This document shows, piece after piece, positions 51,548 to 61,979 of a stretch of 64,000 nucleotides of DNA (positions are counted from its first letter, which is position 1; every line of letters starts with the position of its first letter). Made by a program: the position numbers and the translations under genes. The notes below the pieces were generated by a model that saw only the letters and a list, made by a program, of their open reading frames with translations, had not been told where the DNA came from and made no database searches. Origin of the DNA: an uncultured Verrucomicrobiota bacterium (GTDB lineage: Bacteria > Verrucomicrobiota > Verrucomicrobiia > Limisphaerales > JAEYXS01); NCBI GenBank assembly GCA_964589735.1, contig CAZPUL010000009.1:22254-86253 (forward strand), written 5' to 3'.

Positions 51548-51886
51548 TTAGCGCTTGAAGCTCAATGGAAACGCACCCGGCATCTCATGCGCGCAGGGCT
51601 GGTTGATCGGCGCATCCGGCTGCTTGTCATTCGAAGCCACCAAATTGTTGGCCAGCAAGAACGCTTCCACTTCCTCGCCGCTGATGTCCGGCAGCATGTG
51701 CCCGTTGACTTCCACACAGGGACTCAACATCTGACCGGACTTCTCGATCATCTCTTGCCGTTGCATCGGATTATTAATGATATCCCGGTCCTCGAAAGGC
51801 AGGTCATACTTGCGCATCACGGCTCGCACACCATTGCTCCAGCCGCACGACGGTTTCAGATAAGCGATAATCTTAGGCTTTTCCAT
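51548..51886 (-). CDS. Glutaredoxin-like thioredoxin-fold protein
   Basis: KIIAYLKPSCGWSNGVRAVMRKYDLPFEDRDI...SPCVEVNGHML: glutaredoxin topology with SCGWS in place of CPYC, plus a ~30-aa C-terminal tail. Confidence 0.6.
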   Translation of the reverse strand: MEKPKIIAYLKPSCGWSNGVRAVMRKYDLPFEDRDIINNPMQRQEMIEKSGQMLSPCVEVNGHMLPDISGEEVEAFLLANNLVASNDKQPDAPINQPCAHEMPGAFPLSFKR

Positions 51887-52018
51887 AATTACTCAAAAAT
51901 TGTTGTCCCGATGCCACTATGTAACCACGCATATGCCCTGCCGTCAACAAGTCGCAGCCAACTGGTTGACCGCGCTTTACGCTTGGCGGCAACCAAATCC
52001 CCTAGTTAATTGCCCCCC

Positions 52019-53152
52019 ATGTCCTTACGCGTCCTGATTGCCCCCGACAAATTTAAAGGCAGCCTCACCGCCCAGCAAGTGGCTGCCGCCATCGCCAAAG
52101 GCTGGCAGCGGGCTCGCCCTCACGACGTCATCACCCTCCTCCCCATGAGCGATGGCGGCGACGGCTTCGGCGAAGTCATCGGCAGCGCCATCAAGGCCAA
52201 GATCAGGCACCTCAAAACGGTCGATGCCGCCCACCGCCCTCATTCCGCCGAATGGCGCTGGGAACCCAAGACCAAGACCGCCATCGTGGAATCCGCCCGC
52301 ATCATCGGCCTCGGCATGTTGCCGAAAGGCCAATATCACCCCTTCCAGCTCGATAGCACCGGCCTCGGCGAAGTGCTCCTCGCCGCCGCCAAACAAGGTG
52401 CTACCCGATGCCTGGTTGGCCTCGGCGGCAGTGCCACCAACGACGCCGGGTTCGGTATGGCCAAAGCCCTCGGCTGGAAATTCCTCCGTAAAGATGGCTC
52501 CGCCATCACCGCGTGGACCGATCTAGATCAGCTCACCCAGGTCGTCGCCCCCAAGAAGCGCAAACTTTTCAAACACGTCATCGTCGCCGTAGATGTCCAA
52601 AATCCCCTGCTCGGACCACGTGGCTGCAGCCGCATCTACGGCCCGCAGAAAGGTCTCCGCCCCGAAGACTTCCCCAAGGCCGATGCTTGCATGAAGCAAC
52701 TGGTGAAAGTGCTGAAGCGCGACCACAAACTCGACTTTTCCAAAACACCCGGAGCCGGTGCGGCAGGTGGCTTGGGTTTCGCAGTGCCCACGTTCCTTGG
52801 TGGCCAGCCTGAGTCTGGTTTTGAAATCGTCGCCAGCTATTCCCACCTGCGCAAACACCTTGCCAAAGCCGACCTCGTCATCACCGGCGAAGGCGCACTG
52901 GACCGCTCCACCACGATGGGCAAAGGCGTCGGTGAAATCGCCCTCCTGTGCAAAAAGAGCAAGGTTCCTTGCATCGGATTCTCCGGGTTCCTCGATCCCG
53001 TCCCCGCTCTTCTGCGTCGCTTTGATCTCGCCCGTGGCCTCACGCCCGGCTTCGTCACCACGGAGGAAGCTTTTGGCGAACCGGAATACCACCTCGCCCG
53101 TCTCGCCGAAAAGACTGCTCTGGAGATTTCGGAACCCTGCGCTTGCTGCTGA
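52019..53152 (+). CDS. Glycerate kinase
   Basis: MSLRVLIAPDKFKGSLTAQQVAAAI..GW, MSDGGDGF, GGSATNDAGFGM, VITGEGALD. ATG at 52019 verified; the ORF track uses a TTG at 52010. Confidence 0.85.
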   Translation: MSLRVLIAPDKFKGSLTAQQVAAAIAKGWQRARPHDVITLLPMSDGGDGFGEVIGSAIKAKIRHLKTVDAAHRPHSAEWRWEPKTKTAIVESARIIGLGMLPKGQYHPFQLDSTGLGEVLLAAAKQGATRCLVGLGGSATNDAGFGMAKALGWKFLRKDGSAITAWTDLDQLTQVVAPKKRKLFKHVIVAVDVQNPLLGPRGCSRIYGPQKGLRPEDFPKADACMKQLVKVLKRDHKLDFSKTPGAGAAGGLGFAVPTFLGGQPESGFEIVASYSHLRKHLAKADLVITGEGALDRSTTMGKGVGEIALLCKKSKVPCIGFSGFLDPVPALLRRFDLARGLTPGFVTTEEAFGEPEYHLARLAEKTALEISEPCACC

Positions 53153-53177
53153 GCAAGCCCTTACCTAGCCTCACACC

Positions 53178-54452
53178 ATGATGGAAAAGCTCATCAGCCT
53201 CCTCGGGATGGTGGCCTTCATCGCTTTGGCTTGGGGCATCTCGGAGAATCGCAAATGCTTCCCGTGGCGCGTCGTCCTATGGGGACTCGGCCTGCAGATG
53301 TTCCTCGCCCTCGTGATCCTGAAGACTGATTTTGGCAAAGCCTTCTTCACCTTCGCGCAAAACGCCGTCTCCAAGCTTATCGGCTTCGCCAATGAAGGCG
53401 CAAAAGTCGTCTTCGGCCCACTCGCGGACAATGGCCTGCTGGCAGACAAATTCGGCCCGCCCAATGCCTTCGTGCTCGCCATCACCATTACCGCCACCAT
53501 CATCCTCGTCTCGGCCCTCTCCTCCCTGCTCTACTACTGGCGCATCTTGCCGAAGATCGTGGAAGCCACCGCTTGGGTGATGCAACGCACCATGGGCACC
53601 AGTGGCAGTGAGAGCTTGGCCGCCGCCGCCAATATCTTTACCGGCCAGACGGAAGCCCCGCTTGTCATCAAACCTTACCTGCCCCGCATGACCCGCAGCG
53701 AACTGCTCGCCATGATGACCGGCGGCATGGCGACCATCGCGGGCGGTGTTCTGGCCGTTTATACTTCGCTGGGCGAAGGCGTGGGCCGTCTGGACATGGC
53801 AGGACATCTCCTCACCGCCTCCGTCATGAGCGCACCGGCTGCCTTGATGCTCGCCAAAATCATGCTTCCGGAAACGGAAGTCAGTGAAACTGCTGCTGGC
53901 GGTAAGGCGCAGATTGAGCAGACCAGCGCCAACAGCATCGACGCTCTCTGCACTGGTGCCAGTGACGGCTTGAAACTCTCCCTGAACGTCGCCGCCATGC
54001 TCATCGCGTTTGTCGCGCTCGTGGCTCTGGCGAATCATCTTTTGGCCTTGCCACAGTATCTGTTCGCTTCTTCCCCGGAGACCTATAAGCCCGTTACTTT
54101 CCAAGCCATCTTCGGCTGGGTGAACGCTCCCTTCGCCTGGCTCATGGGCATCCCTTCCAAGGACTGCCTGTCCGTCGGCCAAATCCTTGGCGAACGCATC
54201 GTCCTGAACGAGTTCATCGGCTACCTCTCCCTGACGGGCCTGCAAGGCACCATGGATTCCCGCAGTTTTACCATTGCCACTTATGCCCTTTGTGGTTTTG
54301 CCAATTTCGGGAGCATCGCCATCCAGATCGGCGGCATCGGAGCCTTGGTTCCGGAACGCCGAAAAGACCTTGCGCGCCTTGGGGTTAGGTCCATGATAGC
54401 CGGGCTGTTGGCGTGTTACTTGACCGCCACTGTCGTTGGTTTGTTGATCTAG
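53178..54452 (+). CDS. NupC/NupG-family concentrative nucleoside transporter
   Basis: About 10 TMs. Motifs FVLAITITATIIL, ANIFTGQTEAPL, MTGGMATIAGGVLA, CGFANFGSIAIQIGG. Confidence 0.85.
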   Translation: MMEKLISLLGMVAFIALAWGISENRKCFPWRVVLWGLGLQMFLALVILKTDFGKAFFTFAQNAVSKLIGFANEGAKVVFGPLADNGLLADKFGPPNAFVLAITITATIILVSALSSLLYYWRILPKIVEATAWVMQRTMGTSGSESLAAAANIFTGQTEAPLVIKPYLPRMTRSELLAMMTGGMATIAGGVLAVYTSLGEGVGRLDMAGHLLTASVMSAPAALMLAKIMLPETEVSETAAGGKAQIEQTSANSIDALCTGASDGLKLSLNVAAMLIAFVALVALANHLLALPQYLFASSPETYKPVTFQAIFGWVNAPFAWLMGIPSKDCLSVGQILGERIVLNEFIGYLSLTGLQGTMDSRSFTIATYALCGFANFGSIAIQIGGIGALVPERRKDLARLGVRSMIAGLLACYLTATVVGLLI

Positions 54453-54530
54453 GCGGGAGGGGAATAGCACAAAATGGCTGCTATCAAGAAGTTAACTCCT
54501 GTGCTTACTTAAACTTTTAGGAACTGCTGT

Positions 54531-55244
54531 ATGGGGCGTTGGAAAATCTTAGCTTACGTCGTTTGCCTCGCGTTGGTTGTCGCGTTTGGCACGATGACGC
54601 TACGTTTTCACCATCAAATAAATAGCCGAGAGGCCGCCCTTGCCCCGATCGCCGAAGACAGCACCACACGCGAAAACCCCATCGACGCTGCCTACACCCG
54701 CATGATGATGAGCGGCTCCGTGCTTTTCCTGGCCTTTTGCGGACTCGCCCTGCTAATCGCGCGCGATATTGGCTCCTTGGTTGGTGGCCGGGCTGGCGCG
54801 CTTTACTACGACGAGGATGAGGCCTCGGACGCTTCCCGTAATGCCCTCTATGAACAGGCCGATCATGCCTGCAATGCCGGTGACTATCTCGAAGGCATCC
54901 GTCTGCTGCGTCTTTACGTGGAGCAAAACCCCCGCGAACAGCATGCCGCCCTGCGCATCGCCGAGATTTACGAAAAAGAACTCGGGAATTATCTCGCCGC
55001 GGCGCTGGAACTCGAAGAGATCTTGAAATCACGCCTGCGTCCGGACCGTTGGGGCTGGACAGCCATCCGCCTATGCAACCTCTACACCGGCAAACTCAAG
55101 CAAGGGGATAAAGCGATCGCCCTTTTGCGCCGTCTGGTCGAGGAATACCCGACCACCCAGGCCGCCGAGAAAGCCCGTAAACGGCTTGCCATGATGGAGG
55201 AAGCCGAGAATGGTACGATCCAGGAAGAGACCTCCGTCACCTGA
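54531..55244 (+). CDS. Two-TM membrane protein with a TPR-like C-terminal domain
   Basis: TMs ILAYVVCLALVVAFGTM and SVLFLAFCGLALLIA. Helical repeats of the YLEGIRLLRLYVEQNP / AIALLRRLVEEYP type. Confidence 0.5.
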   Translation: MGRWKILAYVVCLALVVAFGTMTLRFHHQINSREAALAPIAEDSTTRENPIDAAYTRMMMSGSVLFLAFCGLALLIARDIGSLVGGRAGALYYDEDEASDASRNALYEQADHACNAGDYLEGIRLLRLYVEQNPREQHAALRIAEIYEKELGNYLAAALELEEILKSRLRPDRWGWTAIRLCNLYTGKLKQGDKAIALLRRLVEEYPTTQAAEKARKRLAMMEEAENGTIQEETSVT

Positions 55245-55367
55245 TAGTTTCTCCTGCTCTTTTCCATCCGCTGACCCGTTTTCCTCGCAGTGACCAGCTT
55301 CTCCGAACCATCGTCCAGATGAATGAGTTGCGCCGCTCTTGCTGGAACATTAGCCTGAAGTGTCGTA

Positions 55368-58300
55368 ATGAAGTTAGTTATCGGCATTGATTTCAGGTTT
55401 AAAAGCTTCGCCTCCTGCGTAGCCAGTTTGCTCTATTTCTGCCTGGCAGTCACCCAAAGCCAGGCTTCCTCGGATTTCAGCTCCCGCTTGTGGCAGATGG
55501 AGGATGGTCTTCCGCACAGCATCGTCCAGGCCATCACCCAGACGCGCGATGGCTATCTCTGGATCGGCACACGTGAAGGCCTCGCCCGTTTCGACGGGGT
55601 GAACTTTACTCCGATCGATCTCTCCCCCGACTCGCTTGAGCCCTCGATCATGTCGTTTTGCGAAACCCGCGACGGCAGCCTCTGGATCGCTTCCGAAAAT
55701 GCCGGGCTTTTCCGCTTGCGCAATGGCCGTGTCTCCCGTTTTCAATCGCGCGATGGCCTGCCCAACAATGTCGTTTACGATCTGCTTGAAGATAAAGACG
55801 GCCAATTGTGGATCGCCACCCGGCGGGGCTTGGCGCAATACGTGGACGGCGAGATACGCCCAGTGTTCACGGACAAAGTCACCGCCGGGGTCTGGTCCCT
55901 TGCGCTCGACCAGCAAAGCGATATCTGGGCGAGCTCAGGTTACAACCTGTCCCGGCTGCATGGCGACCAGGTGCAGACCTACACCGTCACGACAGCCCAA
56001 CCTCCTGAATCCATTCCGCCCGCCATCCGTAGGGTTTATTGCGATCGCAAGGGGAAAATCTGGGCCGGCAGCAATGTACACCTGATCGAGCTGACGGAGA
56101 ACGGTTTCCGCCATCACGTCAAGGACACTGGGCCTGCGGGCATCATCAGCGTGATCTTTCAAGATCGTGAAGAAAACCTGTGGGTAGGCACCTACGCCGG
56201 CCTTGGCCGTTTCACGGACGGCAAATTCATCAAAGAAGATAAAAACCAGGGCACTGTTTCACGCATTCATTCCATTTACGAAGATCGCGAAGGCAATCTC
56301 TGGATCGGGTCGGAAGAAGGCCTCGCCCGTTTGACCCCGCGCCACATCACCGTTTACACGCAGCAGGAAGGATTGACCCAGAACACCACAGCCGCCGTCA
56401 GTGTGGGCAGTGATAACAGCATCTGGATCGGTGTCTGGGGCGGCGGCATCAACCGCATCAAAGATGGCGTGGTGACCACCTATGGCAAAGCGGAAGGATT
56501 GACGACTGATTTCATCCTTTCCGTGCTGGAAGGCCGCGACGGCAGCCTCTGGGCCGGTTCCGATTTCGGTGGCGGCCTGCACCGCTTGAAGGACGGTAAA
56601 ATCACCCACTACGGCAAGGCGGAGGGTTTGCCTGACCGCTCCGTCATCGCTTCGTTATGTGAGGACGCGCAGGGAAACATTTGGGTTGGCACACGCAATG
56701 GTCTCTTCCGTTTGCGTGATGGAAAGTTCGCCACCTACACCACCCGCCAAGGCCTGTCCCATAACCGCATCAACAGCCTCTATGCCGGGCACGATGGCAT
56801 TTTGTGGGTTGGCTTGGAGAATGGCCTGATGCGTTACCAGTCCGGGACTTTCACGAAGGAAGCTTCCTGTCAGGGAACCGTGGTCGTCTCCATCTATGAA
56901 GATGCCGAGCAGACGCTGTGGATCGGCACGTATGGCAAGGGCTTGAAACGCATCAAGCAAGGCCGGGCCGATACCTACACCAGCCAGCACGGCCTCTACA
57001 GCGATTCCATCTTTGACATCGTGGAGGACGATCGCAACAACCTTTGGGTGAATAGCAGCAAAGGAATTTTCCGCGTCAGCAAGCAGGAGTTGGATGCTGT
57101 AGCCCGCGGCACCAGCCCTTCCCTGACCTCCATCCGTTATGGCCGCATGGCTGGTATCATCAGCAGCAGCCAGTATCGTGAGCCAGTCCACCCGGCCGCC
57201 ACACGTGGCAAAGATGGCAAACTCTGGTTTCGCACCAATCAGGGCGTTGCCGCTGTTGATCCTAATCGCGTTCAACCCAATTCCCGGCCGCCCTCAGTTG
57301 TTATCGAACAGGTTTTTGCCGATAAACAACTCGTTGGTTCCATCGATGGCGAGGATCCGGTTGCATTGCCGCCCAGTTCTGCTGAGCGTAAGCAGGAGCA
57401 ACCTGCCCCTCCCTTGCGCCTCTCTCCTGGTTTCCGGCTGGCCGTGCCGCCTGGTGAAGGAGAATTGGAGATTCGCTACACGGCCCTGAGCTTTGCCGCG
57501 CCCGAACACAACCAGTTCAAATATCGCCTTAAAGGCGTGGATTCACAGTGGGTCGATGCCGGCAATCGCCGGTTCGCTTATTACTACAATTTGCCTCCGG
57601 GCATCTACCGCTTTGAACTCCTGGCCCGTAACGATGACGGTGTCTGGAACGATATCGGCACAGCCCTGGCCATCGAACTATTGCCCCACTACTGGCAGAC
57701 GTGGTGGTTCACGACACTTTGCAGTTTGTTTGGTGTGAGCATCATCGCCTTCAGTGTCCGCACCGTCACCAAGCGCCGGCTGCAACACGAACTGGCCCGT
57801 TTGGAGCAGCAGTCCGTCATCGAAAAAGAGCGCGCCCGTATTGCCCGTGACATGCATGATGATCTCGGGGCCCGCCTGACCGAGATCATGTTGCTCAGTG
57901 ATTTCTCGCTCAAATCCGCCAAGACGGTGGAGAAAGCACAATCCTTTGCTGCCCGCATCACCGAGGCTTCCCGTGAACTTATCAATAATCTCGATGGCCT
58001 CGTCTGGACCGTGAACCCGGAGAACGACACCCTGGCCAGTCTGGCCAGTTATTTCCGTGAATATCTGGGCCTATACTTGCAGTCCAAGCCAGTGCGCTGC
58101 CGCTTGGATTTTCCCGATAAGCTGCCGGATTGCCACTTGTCATCCGAGTTGCGCCACAATCTTTTGCTCGTCGTGAAAGAGGCCCTGAACAACGCCGTGA
58201 AATACGCCGAGCCTTCGGAGATAAATTTCCGTCTTCGCGTGCAGGGCGGCCTGCTGTCCATCGATATCGAAGACGACGGCAAAGGCTTTCAGATTTCCGA

Positions 58301-58448
58301 TGCCTCGTCCCTCGGCAACGGCTTGAAGAATATGCAGAAACGCATGGAAAACATCGACGGCACCTACACCTTGACCACTGCCCCGGGACAAGGGACCAAA
58401 ATCCATCTGCAAGTCCGCATCCTGCCTGCCTCAGACAGATTAGCCTGA
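55368..58448 (+). CDS. Periplasmic beta-propeller / Y_Y_Y-type sensor histidine kinase (HisKA_3 class)
   Basis: About 12 repeats of the type DG.LW(I/V)GT..GL.R, an Ig-like Y_Y_Y region (FKYRLKGVDSQW...YYYNLPPGIYRFEL), one TM, H-box ERARIARDMHDDLGARL, and HATPase (DDGKGF, GNGLKNM). Confidence 0.85.
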   Translation: MKLVIGIDFRFKSFASCVASLLYFCLAVTQSQASSDFSSRLWQMEDGLPHSIVQAITQTRDGYLWIGTREGLARFDGVNFTPIDLSPDSLEPSIMSFCETRDGSLWIASENAGLFRLRNGRVSRFQSRDGLPNNVVYDLLEDKDGQLWIATRRGLAQYVDGEIRPVFTDKVTAGVWSLALDQQSDIWASSGYNLSRLHGDQVQTYTVTTAQPPESIPPAIRRVYCDRKGKIWAGSNVHLIELTENGFRHHVKDTGPAGIISVIFQDREENLWVGTYAGLGRFTDGKFIKEDKNQGTVSRIHSIYEDREGNLWIGSEEGLARLTPRHITVYTQQEGLTQNTTAAVSVGSDNSIWIGVWGGGINRIKDGVVTTYGKAEGLTTDFILSVLEGRDGSLWAGSDFGGGLHRLKDGKITHYGKAEGLPDRSVIASLCEDAQGNIWVGTRNGLFRLRDGKFATYTTRQGLSHNRINSLYAGHDGILWVGLENGLMRYQSGTFTKEASCQGTVVVSIYEDAEQTLWIGTYGKGLKRIKQGRADTYTSQHGLYSDSIFDIVEDDRNNLWVNSSKGIFRVSKQELDAVARGTSPSLTSIRYGRMAGIISSSQYREPVHPAATRGKDGKLWFRTNQGVAAVDPNRVQPNSRPPSVVIEQVFADKQLVGSIDGEDPVALPPSSAERKQEQPAPPLRLSPGFRLAVPPGEGELEIRYTALSFAAPEHNQFKYRLKGVDSQWVDAGNRRFAYYYNLPPGIYRFELLARNDDGVWNDIGTALAIELLPHYWQTWWFTTLCSLFGVSIIAFSVRTVTKRRLQHELARLEQQSVIEKERARIARDMHDDLGARLTEIMLLSDFSLKSAKTVEKAQSFAARITEASRELINNLDGLVWTVNPENDTLASLASYFREYLGLYLQSKPVRCRLDFPDKLPDCHLSSELRHNLLLVVKEALNNAVKYAEPSEINFRLRVQGGLLSIDIEDDGKGFQISDASSLGNGLKNMQKRMENIDGTYTLTTAPGQGTKIHLQVRILPASDRLA

Positions 58449-58511
58449 TTATTTCACCGACGCCACACTGGACATTTTCACCGTCATCCCGTATTCAACG
58501 CCCAACGTCCG

Positions 58512-59156
58512 ATGCCCATCAACGTATCCATCGTCGAAGACAACAAGCGCCTCCGCGAAAGTTTGAGCATCCTCATCGATGGCTCTGAAGGCTTTCGATG
58601 CCTGAGCGCTTTCCCTAATGCAGAAGAGGCTATCAAACGTCTGCCCGGCGCCTGGCCGGATGTGTTGCTGATGGATATCAACCTGCCGGAAATGTCTGGC
58701 ATCGAGTGTGTCGCCAAGCTGAAAGAACTGCGCCCCACGCTCCAGATCATCATGCTCACCGCGTATCTGGAGAATGATAAGATTTTTCAATCCCTGCTGG
58801 CAGGTGCGACCGGTTACCTCATCAAGCAGACCTCACCCACGGAGATTCTGGAAGCCATTGCCGATGTCCATCGCGGTGGCGCGCCCATGTCTGGCGATAT
58901 CGCCCGCAAGGTAGTCGAATATGTGCAGCAATCCAAACGCCCGGCCGGACCGGCGGAAGAAACCGCCGATCTCTCCAAGCGCGAGCACGAAATCCTTACC
59001 TATCTCTCCAAAGGTTATCAGTATAAGGAGATCGCCGATGTGCTCTCACTCAGCGTCTCCACCGTCCGCACGCACTTGCGTAGCGTCTATAAGAAATTGC
59101 ACGCCCGCTCCCGCACGGAAGCAGTGGTGAAGTTTCTCGGTCAAGGTCCTCGTTAG
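58512..59156 (+). CDS. NarL/LuxR-family response regulator
   Basis: REC (VSIVEDN...VLLMDINLPEMSG) plus a LuxR HTH (LSKREHEILTYLSKGYQYKEIADVLSLSVSTVRTHLRSVYKKL). Confidence 0.9.
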   Translation: MPINVSIVEDNKRLRESLSILIDGSEGFRCLSAFPNAEEAIKRLPGAWPDVLLMDINLPEMSGIECVAKLKELRPTLQIIMLTAYLENDKIFQSLLAGATGYLIKQTSPTEILEAIADVHRGGAPMSGDIARKVVEYVQQSKRPAGPAEETADLSKREHEILTYLSKGYQYKEIADVLSLSVSTVRTHLRSVYKKLHARSRTEAVVKFLGQGPR

Positions 59157-59161
59157 CTCCC

Positions 59162-59186
59162 CCTCGTCCATTTGGACGAGGTTTAT
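59162..59186 (+). terminator. Probable terminator after the response regulator
   Basis: 8-bp stem CCTCGTCC/GGACGAGG (59162-59169 / 59074+100..59181 i.e. 59174-59181) with a 4-nt loop, followed by TTTAT. Confidence 0.6.
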
Positions 59187-59494
59187 CAGGCTTCCGCCGC
59201 TGAATCCCCTGCGATTCATCCTTAAAGTCGAATACTCACTGGCCTCCCCATCCTCCATCCTTTGAGCGTGATCATATCGCCAGCGTGATGTGATGACGCC
59301 TATGGCCAGAAAGATCGCCTTGTCTGCCAACCAAGTGTGGCCCAAAGCCAATCTCCGCCCTCGCTGTCACCAGCTTTGGGCGAGCGACTGCCGCCACTGC
59401 GGCTTTCGGAGAACTCCACCACCGCCGCTTCACCTGATCCAGCTTTCCCGCACCCAATTTCCGCTTCCGCTAACGACCAACCAGCCAACCGAGC

Positions 59495-60433
59495 ATGAAA
59501 GCAAAAACAAATAGCCAACCCACTGTCATCCGCGTGAGTCGTTTGCACGCGGCTTTCACCCTTATCGAACTGCTGGTGGTAATCGCCATCATCGCCATCC
59601 TGGCCGGCATGCTTCTCCCGGCTCTGGCCAAGGCCAAGGTCAAGGCGCAGACCACGCGGTGCCTCAACAACCTGAAACAGACCGGCACCGCCAGCGCCAT
59701 GTATCTGGGCGATAATAAGGACAAGATTCCATATGCGGTCATCCGCAGCATCTTCGTCTCCGGCAGCTTGCGCGATTGGAGCTGGGATGATTTGCTCCAC
59801 TCGTACATGGGCGGATTTCAGAGCTGGGACGGTTTGGCCAATGCCCCCATTTACCGCACCAATAACCCGGTGCAATTGCTCATCTGCCCTACCGATTCAT
59901 CCGAGATGAACTGGACCTACGGAGCCAAACGTTCTTACTCCATGGGCCGTCACCAGCAAGGCGTGTCCGACAGCTCCACCTACGAGACGGCAGCCGCCAC
60001 GACTTGGCCGCCCAGTCCCGGTAACAAGAGCGGCCTCGGCTTGTTCTGGGCCACGTCTGGCAGCGGTCCCGGCCGTAACTGGGACACCCGCGACATAACC
60101 GACAACACCTCCAAACCCTACCCGCGCAATCAGAAAGCCGTTTACAGCGCCATCGTCCGTGATCCCAGCGACACGATGCAGGTATCTGAATACGTCTCCA
60201 CCACAAGCTATCAGGGATATCAGTTGGGCGCCATCATGACGGCCCCTTCCTATCAGATTGGCGGCACTAACAACACCAGTGGCGTCAATCCAGACTCCTA
60301 TCATAACCGCATGGTGAACTATCTCATGGTCGATGGTCGCGTGGAGACGATGCAACCCGCCAAGATTCTTGGTGCAACCAACGTCAACCCGGCCAAGCAG
60401 TCAGGCATGTGGACCATCTCTGCTAAAGACTAA
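59495..60433 (+). CDS. Prepilin-type N-terminal cleavage/methylation protein of the H-X9-DG (DUF1559-like) class
   Basis: [29 protein letters not shown]...CLNNLKQ, and a C-terminal [16 protein letters not shown] (H-x9-DG). Confidence 0.85.
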   Translation: MKAKTNSQPTVIRVSRLHAAFTLIELLVVIAIIAILAGMLLPALAKAKVKAQTTRCLNNLKQTGTASAMYLGDNKDKIPYAVIRSIFVSGSLRDWSWDDLLHSYMGGFQSWDGLANAPIYRTNNPVQLLICPTDSSEMNWTYGAKRSYSMGRHQQGVSDSSTYETAAATTWPPSPGNKSGLGLFWATSGSGPGRNWDTRDITDNTSKPYPRNQKAVYSAIVRDPSDTMQVSEYVSTTSYQGYQLGAIMTAPSYQIGGTNNTSGVNPDSYHNRMVNYLMVDGRVETMQPAKILGATNVNPAKQSGMWTISAKD

Positions 60434-60462
60434 TCTATCACAAGTAAGCGCCTGAAATCAAA

Positions 60463-60873
60463 ATGAAGTTCCTGCCTTTTCTCCCGTCGTTGATCGTCAG
60501 CCTCTTCCTTGGTTGTAGCGATCCGTTGCTGGAAAACACGCCCGCACCTGCAACGCCTGCTCCTAAGCAAGCCTCAGTGGGGGTGGATGTGAATCCAATG
60601 GCCGCTGTCGTTGCGCCTCCCGATGGTGTCGCGCCGCTGCCATCAGCTCAAACCAATGAGAGCAATGCGTTCCCCGAAGCCTTCGCCACGGAGCAGACTC
60701 TGCACACGCTGAACATGTTCCTCATCGAATATCAGGCCTCCGGCGGGCAGATACCGGCCACTGTCGAAGAAATGGTGGCGAAGAAGATCATCCCCAAGAT
60801 TCCACCCGCTCCCATGGGCAAACGCTTCGAGGTGGATCAACAAAAAGCCATGGTGACATTTGCCGACAAATGA
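60463..60873 (+). CDS. Small lipoprotein, unknown function
   Basis: Lipobox SLFLGCS, an A/P-rich linker, then LHTLNMFLIEYQASGGQIPATVEEMVAKKIIPKIPPAPMGKRFEVD. It starts 29 nt after the prepilin-like gene. Confidence 0.55.
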   Translation: MKFLPFLPSLIVSLFLGCSDPLLENTPAPATPAPKQASVGVDVNPMAAVVAPPDGVAPLPSAQTNESNAFPEAFATEQTLHTLNMFLIEYQASGGQIPATVEEMVAKKIIPKIPPAPMGKRFEVDQQKAMVTFADK

Positions 60874-60893
60874 TCCGTCAGACACAGTTGCAC

Positions 60894-61973
60894 TTACCCA
60901 AGCCGACGAAAATCAGCTCGGGCTTCTTTGGCCAAAGCCTTGAGACGAACAGGTAATTTCCCGGCGAGCTTCTCAAAATCCTTCATCCGTTTCGCAGAGG
61001 CCACGAGCAGTTTTACCATGCCACCCGCATCTGCCACACTCACATACTCTGCCTTGATGCGGGCACTCGAGCCGCAGTTATGGTAATTACCGAGCGCTAC
61101 GCACAACGCCGCAGTCTGATATCCATACTCCTGATACGCCGTGCCTTCGCAAGTGCCCCCGCTCATCAGCGCACGCTGGGAAAGAAACTTTTTATCCGCC
61201 TTCCCCAGTTCCACCGCCACTTCACTCAGGAAACGGGTCGCATCTGAATCAAAGATGGAACTCCGGTCGCCCACCCGGATGATCACGCCTTGTCCCATTT
61301 TCACCGGCGGCAATTCACGGCTGGTTTCCAGGGAGACTATCAGCGCATTGGCTGGGATAAGCTTCTGCTCCGCGACCATCAGCGCGCCATGAAACCCCAC
61401 CTCTTCGGCCCGGGCGAGTATGCCGATGACATTGACCGCCGCCCGGTGCTGCTTGAGTTGGACCATCGCCGCCAAAGTCGAAGCGCAACCGATCAAGTCA
61501 TCACAAGCACGACCATGGATGACGCCTTTCCGAACCGCGAAATCTTCCATCTCCCAGACCGCAAACTCGGGCTGGCCATCCACCGCCCTGGTTGCTTCAA
61601 CCTCAAACACCTTCTCTTTGCTCAGGCGCTTGCCCAACTTCGCTTTGACCTGCTGCGGCAGCAACCGCAACAGCGCACCTGCTTGGAAGTAATCATCGCC
61701 AACACCACCCCGAAACTTAGCCATCCAGCGCCGGGGCGACAATTGCTTTACAATCTCAAATCCGGGATGATCCAGATGCGCCGCCAGTGCAAGCGGACGC
61801 GTCTTGCCGCCTTTGCGATAGCTCACCAGCAGATTGCCATAGTTATCCCGCGCACAATCCAGTCCCTGCTCCAGACAGATGGACTCGGCAACCGCCCGGA
61901 CTTCTTCTTCAAAATAAGGCGCGGTTGCACACCGCATCAGCCTTCCGGCAAAATTCAGCACCAATGATTTCAT
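60894..61973 (-). CDS. Clan MH (M42-like) metallopeptidase/hydrolase
   Basis: Metal-ligand-like motifs AAHLDHPGF, RACDDLIGCA, RAEEVGFHGA, and a C-terminal GNYHN. Confidence 0.55.
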   Translation of the reverse strand: MKSLVLNFAGRLMRCATAPYFEEEVRAVAESICLEQGLDCARDNYGNLLVSYRKGGKTRPLALAAHLDHPGFEIVKQLSPRRWMAKFRGGVGDDYFQAGALLRLLPQQVKAKLGKRLSKEKVFEVEATRAVDGQPEFAVWEMEDFAVRKGVIHGRACDDLIGCASTLAAMVQLKQHRAAVNVIGILARAEEVGFHGALMVAEQKLIPANALIVSLETSRELPPVKMGQGVIIRVGDRSSIFDSDATRFLSEVAVELGKADKKFLSQRALMSGGTCEGTAYQEYGYQTAALCVALGNYHNCGSSARIKAEYVSVADAGGMVKLLVASAKRMKDFEKLAGKLPVRLKALAKEARADFRRLG

Positions 61974-61979
61974 GGAAAT

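Noticed and set aside
53277-54470. 397-aa minus-strand ORF opposite the NupC transporter
   Set aside because: The + strand encodes a convincing multi-TM CNT transporter. The antisense product is G/D/R/H-rich and motif-free.
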